A stretch of DNA of 64,000 bases from a virus. The stretch is taken from the UHGV virus genome UHGV-0180032; one strand, 5' to 3'. The position numbers and the translations under genes were made by a program. The notes beneath the pieces are model-generated. The model was not told the DNA's origin and did no database searches. It saw nothing but the letters and a program-made list of their open reading frames with translations. Within the stretch, counting starts at the first letter, position 1; each line of letters starts with the position of its first letter. Below are positions 48,119 to 57,360 of the stretch, one piece after another.

Positions 48119-48837
48119 GATTTTCTCGACGTTTTTTGATTGATATCGATGCGTTGTTTGACACCCGAATCGGTTGGGTCAAAGCCATCAAACCTGAAAG
48201 ATTGGAAATTATGGATTACGACGTTTATCGTCGTCGTTTTACGGAGGAATGGGCGACTGTCTTGGGGTTTGAGAATTGGAAAGAGGAGTATCAGAAACGC
48301 GATAAACGTGCGTTGATGAATGCGGAACCCACCGAACTGTTGTTGACGATGAAGAACGAGTTCGAATGCATGTTACTCGAAATCGAGATGCATTCGCCTA
48401 TCGAAAAACCGACGTTGACGATTAACACCTGGCCGTATACTGACCTTACTGACCAAGAAATGCAAACGTTCTTGCAGATGTTCCGTATCTATTACGATAT
48501 GGTGCAGGTTGAGCTAGTGTCGTGGCCGCATTCGGAGCTTACGCCAGGTCGTTTAGCGACAGCTTGGGATTGCTGGATAATGTACGATTGGTTCGCTTGG
48601 ATTGAACTCAATGCGAAACATCTGAAAAAGCCTATCCCTAGCTTTACCATTACACACCCTGCCCTGCTAACACCGGAGCTTACAAAAGAGACGGTAGAGC
48701 AGCTTAAACGCGATGGTGTAAATCCGTTCAAGGAACACATCCGGTTTATGGCAGAGTGGGTCGGTGTCGACCCACGTGATTCTGCGCTATTTAGTCTGGC
48801 TCGTCCGAAGAAGGACGCGCAAACGCCGCAGTCATAA
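48115..48837 (+). CDS. hypothetical protein (240 aa)
   Basis: ATGA-coupled ORF; 3' end overlaps the convergent gene. Confidence 0.5.
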   Translation: MRFSRRFLIDIDALFDTRIGWVKAIKPERLEIMDYDVYRRRFTEEWATVLGFENWKEEYQKRDKRALMNAEPTELLLTMKNEFECMLLEIEMHSPIEKPTLTINTWPYTDLTDQEMQTFLQMFRIYYDMVQVELVSWPHSELTPGRLATAWDCWIMYDWFAWIELNAKHLKKPIPSFTITHPALLTPELTKETVEQLKRDGVNPFKEHIRFMAEWVGVDPRDSALFSLARPKKDAQTPQS

Positions 48838-49255
48838 TGGACTTCACGTCAATTTGTTCGCCAACCGGAGCCAACTCCCCTTCCGAGATTTCTACGTTAG
48901 GAATGTCTGGAAGGGTGGGTTGGTAACTATTATTTTCATCAGGTTCTTCGTCGTGACGTTTTATTTTCACGTTGCCACGCTGCATCAGAATCGTATTCAG
49001 TGCGTTAGCCAAGTCTTGGTTCGCTTCACTGTTTTTCTGGGCAGCGGCAACACGACGTTTAGAAATGATTTGCTTATCTAGGTCGTTTAATAACGTCCCG
49101 ATACGATCCACGGTCTTTAAGTCTTTGTGAGCATTAGGATCGTCTAAGATTAGATTGACAATTCTGACACGAGCTTGTTGCGTTTGGCGGAGAAGCGATT
49201 CTTCGTCGTCTACTTCACCATCTAACGCCTGGTATTTCACTTCTTCTTCAGCCAT
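48791..49255 (-). CDS. hypothetical acidic protein (154 aa)
   Basis: Minus-strand ORF with GAGGTGG RBS; convergently overlaps 48115-48837 by 47 nt. Confidence 0.45.
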   Translation of the reverse strand: MAEEEVKYQALDGEVDDEESLLRQTQQARVRIVNLILDDPNAHKDLKTVDRIGTLLNDLDKQIISKRRVAAAQKNSEANQDLANALNTILMQRGNVKIKRHDEEPDENNSYQPTLPDIPNVEISEGELAPVGEQIDVKSIMTAAFARPSSDEPD

Positions 49256-49284
49256 TTAAAACCACCTCATTTTCAAAAAGAAGT

Positions 49285-49310
49285 CAGACAGATATTATTT
49301 ACGTGAGACA
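49285..49310 (+). promoter_or_regulatory. conserved promoter-like motif, copy 4
   Basis: CAGACAGATATTATTTACGTGAGACA; upstream of gene 49328. Confidence 0.35.
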
Positions 49311-49327
49311 TTCTTTCGGAGTGAATT

Positions 49328-49876
49328 ATGTTTACAGGATTAATAACGCGTTTTAAGAAACGTCTACAGCAAAAGCGTTTACAGGCTCTCAGAGAGTCTC
49401 TAAGGCAGGAGTTTCATAAGAACATCCATAACCCCTACGTGAGAACGTTTAGCGGCTTACGGTTGCTTACGTTGCCTATAAACGTAGATACCGAACCCTA
49501 CCACCCCAGCTTACGTGGTAATCTCGAGTTACGCGTCGCTAATCTCGATATTCTTTACCAACGTCTTGCTTTTTATATCAACGAATACCAACGCACGATT
49601 AACGGAACGTCTATCGAGTGGTTATCGCTGCCAGAGTCGTTAAGTAAACAAAAAGACTCATCGGAAAACCGCTGGTTAGACACTTATTTTGGGACGTCCA
49701 ATCCGGCGGTTGCCTATTATAAGCTAACGCAGTTACTCGAGCTTATCGAACCTTACGAAGACATTTTCTTAAAGCCCAAGACCGATGAAGATCGGGCATT
49801 GGTAAATCACTGTGCACATTTGTTTCGTGAAATGGAGGTACTCATCGAACACTACCTTTTAAACCGACCTGTTTAA
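49328..49876 (+). CDS. hypothetical protein (182 aa)
   Basis: ORF downstream of a promoter-like motif, GGAG RBS. Confidence 0.5.
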   Translation: MFTGLITRFKKRLQQKRLQALRESLRQEFHKNIHNPYVRTFSGLRLLTLPINVDTEPYHPSLRGNLELRVANLDILYQRLAFYINEYQRTINGTSIEWLSLPESLSKQKDSSENRWLDTYFGTSNPAVAYYKLTQLLELIEPYEDIFLKPKTDEDRALVNHCAHLFREMEVLIEHYLLNRPV

Positions 49877-49909
49877 TAACCAGTTAACCCCTTGTAACAA
49901 GGTGAAGTG

Positions 49910-50722
49910 ATGGATAACGAAGCAAAAGCAAAACTGCAACGAGACGAAGACGAACGTGCGGGTAAACCGTTGCAAAAACTTTACTGGGAATATAAAACTC
50001 AGATTGGGTGGGAACCTAAAGATTATAAGCTTGCAGTTGCAAGACACATCCTATCCCCTGATTTCCGCACACGTTCGAAGGCCGTTCTCGAAGATCGAGT
50101 ACAACGCATCTCAACGAAACTTACCTCGGGTAACAACCGTGACTTACCGGTTGACCTTACGTGGCGTGGGTTCACGGAAGGGTTAGTGATTACCGGAGTG
50201 GAATCGTTGAGAATCTGTATAACGACTTACCGTGGACGTTTCCAGACAAAAACCATTTCTGAAGTCACCACACGAGTGCGTGACGATCTTATCCGCTACG
50301 ATTTTGAAGACTGTAACGAGAAACCGACGGCCAGTGCCAGTACGGAACTGAATCGTTTCTTCCGAGATTGTGCGGGAACCGCAAAGACGATGGAGCACCC
50401 CCTTTCGAGACTCTTGTGGACAATCTTTGCGAATATCAAAATGACTTCGGATTGGTGGCATCGACTTTCAACGAACTATGTTAATAATCCAGAGAACTGT
50501 CTTCCTATCTCTTCTAAACGCAATGACATGCGGCACAATATGCAGCACAACATGCGACTGAAAAAGAAGCTGTCTTGGAAATGGTTTATGAGGATACTCA
50601 AGGCGATTGATGTGAAGAAATTCGACATTCTGTTGACGTTAAAACGCAAAAACGACAACAAGATTTACGAAGTCGTTCACACGGTTGACCTCGAGGCTTA
50701 TCAATTTCGGAGTACAGAATGA
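49910..50722 (+). CDS. hypothetical protein (270 aa)
   Basis: ATG 49910 with AGGTGA RBS. Confidence 0.5.
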   Translation: MDNEAKAKLQRDEDERAGKPLQKLYWEYKTQIGWEPKDYKLAVARHILSPDFRTRSKAVLEDRVQRISTKLTSGNNRDLPVDLTWRGFTEGLVITGVESLRICITTYRGRFQTKTISEVTTRVRDDLIRYDFEDCNEKPTASASTELNRFFRDCAGTAKTMEHPLSRLLWTIFANIKMTSDWWHRLSTNYVNNPENCLPISSKRNDMRHNMQHNMRLKKKLSWKWFMRILKAIDVKKFDILLTLKRKNDNKIYEVVHTVDLEAYQFRSTE

Positions 50723-51993
50723 AACTCGATCAGATAACCGGCCAGATTAACAAAGGTCAATCGGCTATCGACAACTCGGTTAATACCGCGAAGAACGCGG
50801 TTAACCGAGTACAATCTACGGTAGAGAACGCCGAACGTGGCATTCAGAATACCGTCGATAAAGTCAGTCAGCTTTCCGATCGTGCTGGTGAAACCTTTAA
50901 CAAACTCATCAGCGGTGGGAGCGAACTGACCTCAAAAATCGGTAACCTCTTCGGCGGTAGTGACATTGCCAGCGTAGGGGGTACCAAAACAGCAGGTAGC
51001 TCCACCTCCGGTGTTTCTCCAGGACAAAAAGTTCCTGGGTTTGCTTCTAACACTAAAGAGACACTGCCTGTTCTCGACCCGCAGAAGCGTGATGTGTCAG
51101 AACCTTTCAAAAAGGTTAATGAGGAAGGGCTTAAAGCACTAGGATATCTGTCACCGGGTGACTCAGGAAGTTTACTGGGTAAAGGTTGGAACAGTCTTTC
51201 GTCGCTTAGTGATTCTCTTCTGTCAGGAATCGGTACTGACTTTTCCTCCGTGAAGAAACGTCTCGAAGGGACGCTGAATATCGCAGGCCAACTGGCTAAG
51301 CTTCCTTCAGAAATCAGTCATGAAGTCAACAACTTTATGTCTGAAGTCAACAGTATGCGTTACCAGATAACCTCGGTTATTGATGACGTACAACACACGT
51401 TTGACAGCTACAAAGACCTTGACGATTTCTTAGCCATCGACAACTTGATTAACAGTTTCAAAGGCAGCGACAGTTTTTCAGCGTTAGACATTAACACATC
51501 GTCTGCGCTGATCTACGGTTTGTCTACGAAACTTAACAGTTACGGACTGCCTGCAAAAATCGACCCGATGATTCAGGCTATTAGTGACGATCAAGCAAAA
51601 GAGGCGCTTTACGGGGAGTTGATGATTCAAGCTGCGGCTACCGGTAACTTGGACTCAACGGAATATTACCTGGACAAACTTCAGGAAGGTCAGGGCAAAC
51701 AGATTGCGGAAACCGTGATTCAAAACATCATGGCTAACTTGCGTGTAGAACCCGGTACGAGTTTTAGTACGTACGGGACACGAATGTTGGCGTTGTTTAA
51801 AGCGCTGGATGCCAAATGGGATAAAGCGAAAAACGTTACTCCCGAAACTACCGAATTGAAACTCTATACTTACGCAGGCGCTAACGCGATACAAGCGCTG
51901 TTGACCACCGAAAAACGTAACTACGTTTTAGCGGCAGGTAGTGTAAGTTATCAGTCTACCGATGAAATCGTGGAAGACTACTTTGCAATCTAA
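50719..51993 (+). CDS. hypothetical protein (424 aa), Ser/Gly-rich
   Basis: ATGA-coupled ORF. Confidence 0.5.
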   Translation: MKLDQITGQINKGQSAIDNSVNTAKNAVNRVQSTVENAERGIQNTVDKVSQLSDRAGETFNKLISGGSELTSKIGNLFGGSDIASVGGTKTAGSSTSGVSPGQKVPGFASNTKETLPVLDPQKRDVSEPFKKVNEEGLKALGYLSPGDSGSLLGKGWNSLSSLSDSLLSGIGTDFSSVKKRLEGTLNIAGQLAKLPSEISHEVNNFMSEVNSMRYQITSVIDDVQHTFDSYKDLDDFLAIDNLINSFKGSDSFSALDINTSSALIYGLSTKLNSYGLPAKIDPMIQAISDDQAKEALYGELMIQAAATGNLDSTEYYLDKLQEGQGKQIAETVIQNIMANLRVEPGTSFSTYGTRMLALFKALDAKWDKAKNVTPETTELKLYTYAGANAIQALLTTEKRNYVLAAGSVSYQSTDEIVEDYFAI

Positions 51994-52003
51994 GAGGCCG
52001 GAT

Positions 52004-52825
52004 ATGTCCGAACCACAATTACTGCGTTCCGTATTGAAGAAAATCAAAAGTCAACGTGAAGATATTCAATCACTGGCTATAACGCTCGGTTATGCGCCGG
52101 GTGACTTACGTTCTAAATCCTACGTGAACGCGTCAAGCATTGTACTCACACCTGATGAGCGCCTTGCTTATGTCCTATACCTGAGACGGTTAGGCTATGT
52201 TTGTGCGTTACCTGAACAACTCCCGTTTACCGATGGGGTGAACCACATCAACTTTTACTCCAACGGTCGTACTACCGTGGGTAAGATGATCAGCAACTTC
52301 TACGCGAAACCTGACGGGTCAAAATTCGACACGATTCACGGTCAGTTCCTGACGTTGGAAGGTTACTATCACTACTTGCGTATCGTTGACTACATGTTAC
52401 ACGTGGGTTATTCGATTAAAGCGATGGGGCGTCTGGAAACCGAGTTTCCTGATATTCTTCGTTTACGTACGTTAACGGGTACCGAGTGTATTCAGTTAGG
52501 CCGTCGATTAAAAGCGGCAATTTACGGGAAAACGGATTACCGTCCGGGTGAGTTTAGTAGCTACGCGACTGGCGCATTTAAGAATGCAGTGCTGCGTAAG
52601 TTACACCTGTTACAATACGACGGGTCTTGTTTAGGTAATACCCTGTCTTACTGCCATTCGATGAATCTTCCGTTCTTGCATTATTACGTTATGAACGGTC
52701 GGGTGATTACACCACCACATTCTGAATGGCTTCCTAATCTGGTGATTTCTATTGTAGAAAACATCGACTATAACGACTCGACGTTCGATATTACGGACGT
52801 CAGTGAACGTATGGGATTAATCTAA
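52004..52825 (+). CDS. hypothetical protein (273 aa)
   Basis: ATG 52004 with GAGG RBS; the ORF-track start at 51962 overlaps the upstream gene. Confidence 0.45.
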   Translation: MSEPQLLRSVLKKIKSQREDIQSLAITLGYAPGDLRSKSYVNASSIVLTPDERLAYVLYLRRLGYVCALPEQLPFTDGVNHINFYSNGRTTVGKMISNFYAKPDGSKFDTIHGQFLTLEGYYHYLRIVDYMLHVGYSIKAMGRLETEFPDILRLRTLTGTECIQLGRRLKAAIYGKTDYRPGEFSSYATGAFKNAVLRKLHLLQYDGSCLGNTLSYCHSMNLPFLHYYVMNGRVITPPHSEWLPNLVISIVENIDYNDSTFDITDVSERMGLI

Positions 52826-53484
52826 TGGGATTGTTCGATACCCTAGCGCGGCTGGATAAAGCGCAGGAAGAAGAAATCATTCGTGTTGCTGGTGAGTCCA
52901 TTAAACACGAAGTCGAAAAGGAATACTGCGTTTGGGTAAAACCGACGCAGGCGGGATGGGATTGGCTCCACGCACAAGAAGCCAAGATGTTCATGGACAT
53001 CCTCATGCCGATAGAAGGCGGGCGTCGTCGTATCCGTATCAAAGAAGACGGTACAGCACAGCTAACGCTTAAGCGTAAATTCCTTGACGGAAAGGTTGAA
53101 GAGAATTCGGATATCGGGATTAGTTCCGCACTCTCTTTTTACAAAGATGGCTATTTGTCACACCTGGTGAAGCGTATTCACTTAGAGCCAGGTGAATTAG
53201 CCGACAAAGGCGCTAAGCATTGGGATATTGATATTTTCAGTATCACCACCGGACACCCTGCCATTGAAGTTTCAGGTGACTTTAACGATCTTATCACTGA
53301 GATGCGTAGTAGCACCAGCGTCGGTGACTGGGTGAAAGTTGAACTGGAAGTCGAACGTTACGAGATTGCGGATGTGTTGTCTGTAATTCCGTTTGAGTTT
53401 GACGGTCATATTCCGGCTACACCGAAAGATCCTGAAGACCAAGAATATCTTCGCGATTACTGGGATTCAGTTACCCGTATGTAA
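52825..53484 (+). CDS. hypothetical protein (219 aa)
   Basis: Start overlaps the upstream stop; terminator follows. Confidence 0.5.
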   Translation: MGLFDTLARLDKAQEEEIIRVAGESIKHEVEKEYCVWVKPTQAGWDWLHAQEAKMFMDILMPIEGGRRRIRIKEDGTAQLTLKRKFLDGKVEENSDIGISSALSFYKDGYLSHLVKRIHLEPGELADKGAKHWDIDIFSITTGHPAIEVSGDFNDLITEMRSSTSVGDWVKVELEVERYEIADVLSVIPFEFDGHIPATPKDPEDQEYLRDYWDSVTRM

Positions 53485-53488
53485 TACC

Positions 53489-53528
53489 TACCCTACTCCT
53501 AGACAGGAGTAGGGTATTTTCATTTTTT
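53489..53528 (+). terminator. intrinsic terminator (CCCTACTCC family)
   Basis: TACCCTACTCC/GGAGTAGGGTA stem followed by TTTTCATTTTTT. Confidence 0.75.
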
Positions 53529-53548
53529 ACCCTAAAGGAGAATTTACC

Positions 53549-53902
53549 ATGCAAGCTCAGTTTTTTAATACACCCAACGGATTCGGTTTTAGATTCCCTG
53601 AATCTGTTATTGAAGTACCCCTCACACGCGGGGTGCTATTAAAACTACGCACCGTTCTTGCCAACTTCTCAGGAAAGACTGTGGATATTCGCGTATGGTC
53701 AGGCTCGGGAAGTCCTGGTGGTGTTTTGTTTGTCGATTACAATTGGATTAAAAGAACAGGTTTTCCGCTTGTACGAAAAGTTGAAGCTGTACACGGATTA
53801 TCCTTCCACACTCTACTAGGGGATTTATCGTTTCCTGAAACCGGCGATTATTCTTCTCCTGCGGATGACGAATACCAAATTCATCTTGTCTTGTTGAAAT
53901 GA
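53549..53902 (+). CDS. hypothetical protein (117 aa)
   Basis: AAAGGAGA RBS. Confidence 0.5.
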   Translation: MQAQFFNTPNGFGFRFPESVIEVPLTRGVLLKLRTVLANFSGKTVDIRVWSGSGSPGGVLFVDYNWIKRTGFPLVRKVEAVHGLSFHTLLGDLSFPETGDYSSPADDEYQIHLVLLK

Positions 53903-53963
53903 TTTTTACAGTTGGGAACAGACTTATGTCTCCCCGAACTACATTCAAGCGGAGAAAACGATT

Positions 53964-54512
53964 ATGCGTACATATATTCTCGAACTTGCAATTTCCGTAG
54001 AGGAACTTGTGGAAAAACTCGGTGGTACTGGACGCGGACTTCATGAGAAGACCAAAAGTATAGCCTATCTTCTCGAACCAAAATACGAACGGAAACTCCA
54101 CATGATTGCTTCCGTTCGCAACAAAGCCTCTCACAGGAGAATTCTTCCCGATCGCATAGACGTCTATGAACAAGCTGTGGAAGAAACGAGGCTCTATTTA
54201 GAAGAGCTGATTAAGAAAATTGAAGAACGGAAACGTCAACGGGCTGCGGAAATGAATGCCCGAGCTGCGGAGATAAACGCCAGATATCTAAATCGTGAAG
54301 CGTTGTGGAAACAGGTAGAAGACGAAATCGAACGTAATGAAGTTGAGACAGAACGCATGAGAGCACAAGCCTTCTCAGCGAATACTGGCTCGTCTACTAC
54401 GGAAGAGAAGAAATGGTCTGATTTGACTGTAGTAGAAAAGATAGGTTGGGGTGCCGGTATTGCAATCATGGGAGCTGCGGTTGCGTACCTTAAAATAAAG
54501 TCTCGCGACTAA
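53964..54512 (+). CDS. HEPN-like (R-x4-H) protein with coiled-coil and C-terminal TM anchor (speculative)
   Basis: GGAGAAAA RBS; N-terminal ...LHMIASVRNKASHRRI contains an R-N-x-x-x-H motif; charged coiled-coil with repeated AAEMNARAAEINAR; C-terminal hydrophobic IGWGAGIAIMGAAVAYL. Confidence 0.3.
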   Translation: MRTYILELAISVEELVEKLGGTGRGLHEKTKSIAYLLEPKYERKLHMIASVRNKASHRRILPDRIDVYEQAVEETRLYLEELIKKIEERKRQRAAEMNARAAEINARYLNREALWKQVEDEIERNEVETERMRAQAFSANTGSSTTEEKKWSDLTVVEKIGWGAGIAIMGAAVAYLKIKSRD

Positions 54513-54526
54513 ATCGGGTATCGGAA

Positions 54527-55072
54527 ATGAAACAAATACAGTTAACTGATCACGTTAATGCGTTTAAACACTTTCTGGATAACGCGGGTATAAAACCTGG
54601 CGAGCAGACAGACGCATGGACTGCACGTGTTTACGGAAGTATTGGCAAAGTCTGTGAGTCCACGACAACACAGGACGGGTTGTTTGTTGCTAAAGCAGTA
54701 GGTATTGCCTTGTGGGATATTGCTGCTCTAGTTTACGTGATGAATAACGGGGATTTACGTCCCCTTGAAAAATCATTACACCGACTACTAGCCATTAAGA
54801 AATGGAAAAATGAACATCCTGAGTCAATCGCGCTTACGTTGATGCCAGAAGCGGTACTTGCTATCAAAGCGGTACGCAGTTGTACCGCCCGTGCACAAAT
54901 GGAGCGTCGGCTACATCTCACGACGCTCTTTTATCAATTGGCCAGAATTGTAAAGATGAACGGCCTAATCTTCGACCGGGTTCTACAGAACGGACGTATA
55001 AGTTGGACAGAAGAACTAAGTAGCTCTCCGTTCTATACAAAACTAAAACTTAAAGACATTTTGAAGGATTAA
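54527..55072 (+). CDS. hypothetical protein (181 aa)
   Basis: ORF. Confidence 0.5.
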   Translation: MKQIQLTDHVNAFKHFLDNAGIKPGEQTDAWTARVYGSIGKVCESTTTQDGLFVAKAVGIALWDIAALVYVMNNGDLRPLEKSLHRLLAIKKWKNEHPESIALTLMPEAVLAIKAVRSCTARAQMERRLHLTTLFYQLARIVKMNGLIFDRVLQNGRISWTEELSSSPFYTKLKLKDILKD

Positions 55073-55073
55073 C

Positions 55074-55382
55074 ATGGAAAACTATTCGGGTTGGGCAATT
55101 TCGCAGTGCATTGGCTATTCTTTACGTTCTTTAGTGCGTACACTTTATAACAAAAACTCAGGCGAAGCTATTACACCACAGTTACTGGACAAATTGGAAG
55201 TCGAAGTTAACCACAAATTAAAGCAGTTACTCGACAACCACGTAAGAACAATGCGTTGGGAGTTCTTGTTACGTGGTAAGAAGCCTTCAATTACCGTTGT
55301 AGCAGAAGGCAGTGAAATTGTTCTCCAATCCAACGCAGACCTGTTTGAAATTTTAACTGAACTAGAAAAGGACAAAATCTGA
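55074..55382 (+). CDS. hypothetical protein (102 aa)
   Basis: Stop overlaps the start of the downstream thymidylate-synthase gene (TGATG). Confidence 0.5.
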   Translation: MENYSGWAISQCIGYSLRSLVRTLYNKNSGEAITPQLLDKLEVEVNHKLKQLLDNHVRTMRWEFLLRGKKPSITVVAEGSEIVLQSNADLFEILTELEKDKI

Positions 55383-56416
55383 TGAAACAGTATTTAGCGT
55401 TAATGCAAGACATTCTGGATAACGGTGTTGTCAAGAAAGACCGCACAGGCGTAGGGACACTTTCTGTATTTGGCCGTCAATTACGTTTTGACTTGAAAGA
55501 AGGTTTCCCATTAGTTACTACGAAAAAGGTTCACCTGAAAAGTATCATCCATGAGCTGTTGTGGTTCTTAAACGGTGACACTAACGTGAAGTACCTGCAA
55601 GAGAACGGGGTAAAAATTTGGAACGAATGGGCGAATGAAGAAGGGAACTTAGGGCCAGTATATGGTAAACAGTGGCGTGAATGGCGAGACTGTAAGGTTG
55701 TGGAAAGCCATGACGTAGGACGTACACAACAACTAATGCAGCGGGGTTACAAGTATATCGGGAATATGAAGGAAGATGGCACAACGTATTTGGTTTATGA
55801 AAAACCACATGACCAGATCAGTAAAGTTATCCAACAGCTTCGTGAAGACCCAGATTCTCGTCGTATTATCGTTAGTGCCTGGAACGTAGCCGACCTGGAC
55901 GATATGGCACTTAACCCATGTCACAACTATTTCCAATTCTACACTACGGAAATGTCACTGCTTGAGCGACTGGATTGGTACGAAGTAAACGAGCCGGAAA
56001 AATTTGCGAACGCACCGCTTATTAATCACGAAGATATTGATGATGAAGAACGACTTCATGAAACTTTAGATCGTGAGGGCATCCCACGCCGTAAGCTTTC
56101 ATGTTTTTACATGATGCGCAGCAACGATTACCTACTTGGCGCGCCATTTAACATCGCTTCTTACGCACTGTTAACCTATATGGTTGCTCAACAACTGAAC
56201 ATGGTTCCAGACGAGTTGGTTTATAGTGGTGTGGACGTTCATCTGTATTCCAACCATCTGGAGCAAGCAAAACTTCAGCTTACACGCGAACCCTACACGT
56301 TACCTAAACTGGTTATCAAACGTAAACCTGATTCTATCTTCGATTACAAATACGAAGACTTCGAATTAGTCGGCTATCAAGCTCATCCACATATTGCTGC
56401 CCCCGTCGCAGTATAA
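55382..56416 (+). CDS. thyA: thymidylate synthase family enzyme (ThyA-like; dUMP-dependent) with two insertions
   Basis: Collinear with E. coli ThyA as recalled: [55 protein letters not shown], catalytic PCH-FQFY, RS-D...[10 protein letters not shown] (Asn retained, so dUMP not dCMP), PKL.IKRKP.SIFDY..EDFE; about 38-aa and about 50-aa insertions. Confidence 0.85.
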   Translation: MKQYLALMQDILDNGVVKKDRTGVGTLSVFGRQLRFDLKEGFPLVTTKKVHLKSIIHELLWFLNGDTNVKYLQENGVKIWNEWANEEGNLGPVYGKQWREWRDCKVVESHDVGRTQQLMQRGYKYIGNMKEDGTTYLVYEKPHDQISKVIQQLREDPDSRRIIVSAWNVADLDDMALNPCHNYFQFYTTEMSLLERLDWYEVNEPEKFANAPLINHEDIDDEERLHETLDREGIPRRKLSCFYMMRSNDYLLGAPFNIASYALLTYMVAQQLNMVPDELVYSGVDVHLYSNHLEQAKLQLTREPYTLPKLVIKRKPDSIFDYKYEDFELVGYQAHPHIAAPVAV

Positions 56417-56446
56417 ACTACCACCTAATTAAAAAGGTACGATAAA

Positions 56447-56893
56447 ATGTCTAAAACTCATGTTAATTATAACATCGTAGTAGAAGAATTATCAAAAGGT
56501 TTAACCGATCTGGATTCTAAAGATAATCCGTTTACCGAACGTTATGGTCCCAATGCTTTATCTGAATTTCGTACTATCCGCTACGGTACAGGCAGACAGA
56601 TGGGGCTTACAGACTTTGCTGTTGAATTAGCTAAAAACCATAAAGGGAAAGTGTTGTTCGTTAACCCAAAAGGGTTCTTAGAGGACGACGTGCTATTCCG
56701 TTTGGGTCTCGATGAATTACCGGAGAATATCACGCAAATCAGCGGTTACCAAATGGGTACAGAAAAAGAAAAATACAGCCTTGTTATTGTAGACGACGCT
56801 GGGGTTTTCTTTAGCATGTTCCGTTACATGAAGTTCTTCCGCTTACTTGCAAACACAGTGACTAAAGACGTTGTAATCCATTTAATGGGTTAA
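56447..56893 (+). CDS. hypothetical protein (148 aa)
   Basis: ORF. Confidence 0.5.
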   Translation: MSKTHVNYNIVVEELSKGLTDLDSKDNPFTERYGPNALSEFRTIRYGTGRQMGLTDFAVELAKNHKGKVLFVNPKGFLEDDVLFRLGLDELPENITQISGYQMGTEKEKYSLVIVDDAGVFFSMFRYMKFFRLLANTVTKDVVIHLMG

Positions 56894-56924
56894 TTAGAAC
56901 CTATCACATTCGAGTGGAAATCTA

Positions 56925-57149
56925 ATGAAGAAGCCACGCTTTCACAGCCTGAGATACTTTACAGGTACTCTATATTTTATTGGCTACAACCGTGTGCGTA
57001 AGGGTCCTGGTAAATCGAAGATGCGCATCGTGCGATATAAAGAGACGCCACCAGGTCTAGCACCGATGGCGAAACTTCTGTCGCCGTTCGCTAACCTTAA
57101 AATCAAAACTGTTAACCCCTTTGTAAGAAATTTGGAAACTAAAAAATGA
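56925..57149 (+). CDS. small basic protein (74 aa)
   Basis: ORF, Lys/Arg-rich. Confidence 0.4.
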   Translation: MKKPRFHSLRYFTGTLYFIGYNRVRKGPGKSKMRIVRYKETPPGLAPMAKLLSPFANLKIKTVNPFVRNLETKK

Positions 57150-57289
57150 CTGAAGAAGTTAAAGTAGAAACCGTTAAAGAAACTGACGAATTTGCAATCC
57201 CTGGCTTAGACCCGGAAGCTACCGTAGAGAAGGGTGCTGACCCAACTACAGAAGACGATAACTGCTCAGGCGGGGCTTGCAAAATTTAA
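57146..57289 (+). CDS. small acidic peptide (47 aa) ending CSGGACKI
   Basis: ATGA-coupled to the upstream ORF; MTEEVKVETVKETDEFAIPGLDPEATVEKGADPTTEDDNCSGGACKI; strong terminator immediately downstream. Confidence 0.35.
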   Translation: MTEEVKVETVKETDEFAIPGLDPEATVEKGADPTTEDDNCSGGACKI

Positions 57290-57297
57290 CAGTTCAC

Positions 57298-57338
57298 GGG
57301 GTGCTTATGTAGCACCCCTAATCTTTATTCTTTTTTTT
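57298..57338 (+). terminator. intrinsic terminator
   Basis: GGGGTGCT/AGCACCCC stem followed by a T8 tract. Confidence 0.75.
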
Positions 57339-57360
57339 GTTAATCTAATGGAGTTTTAGA

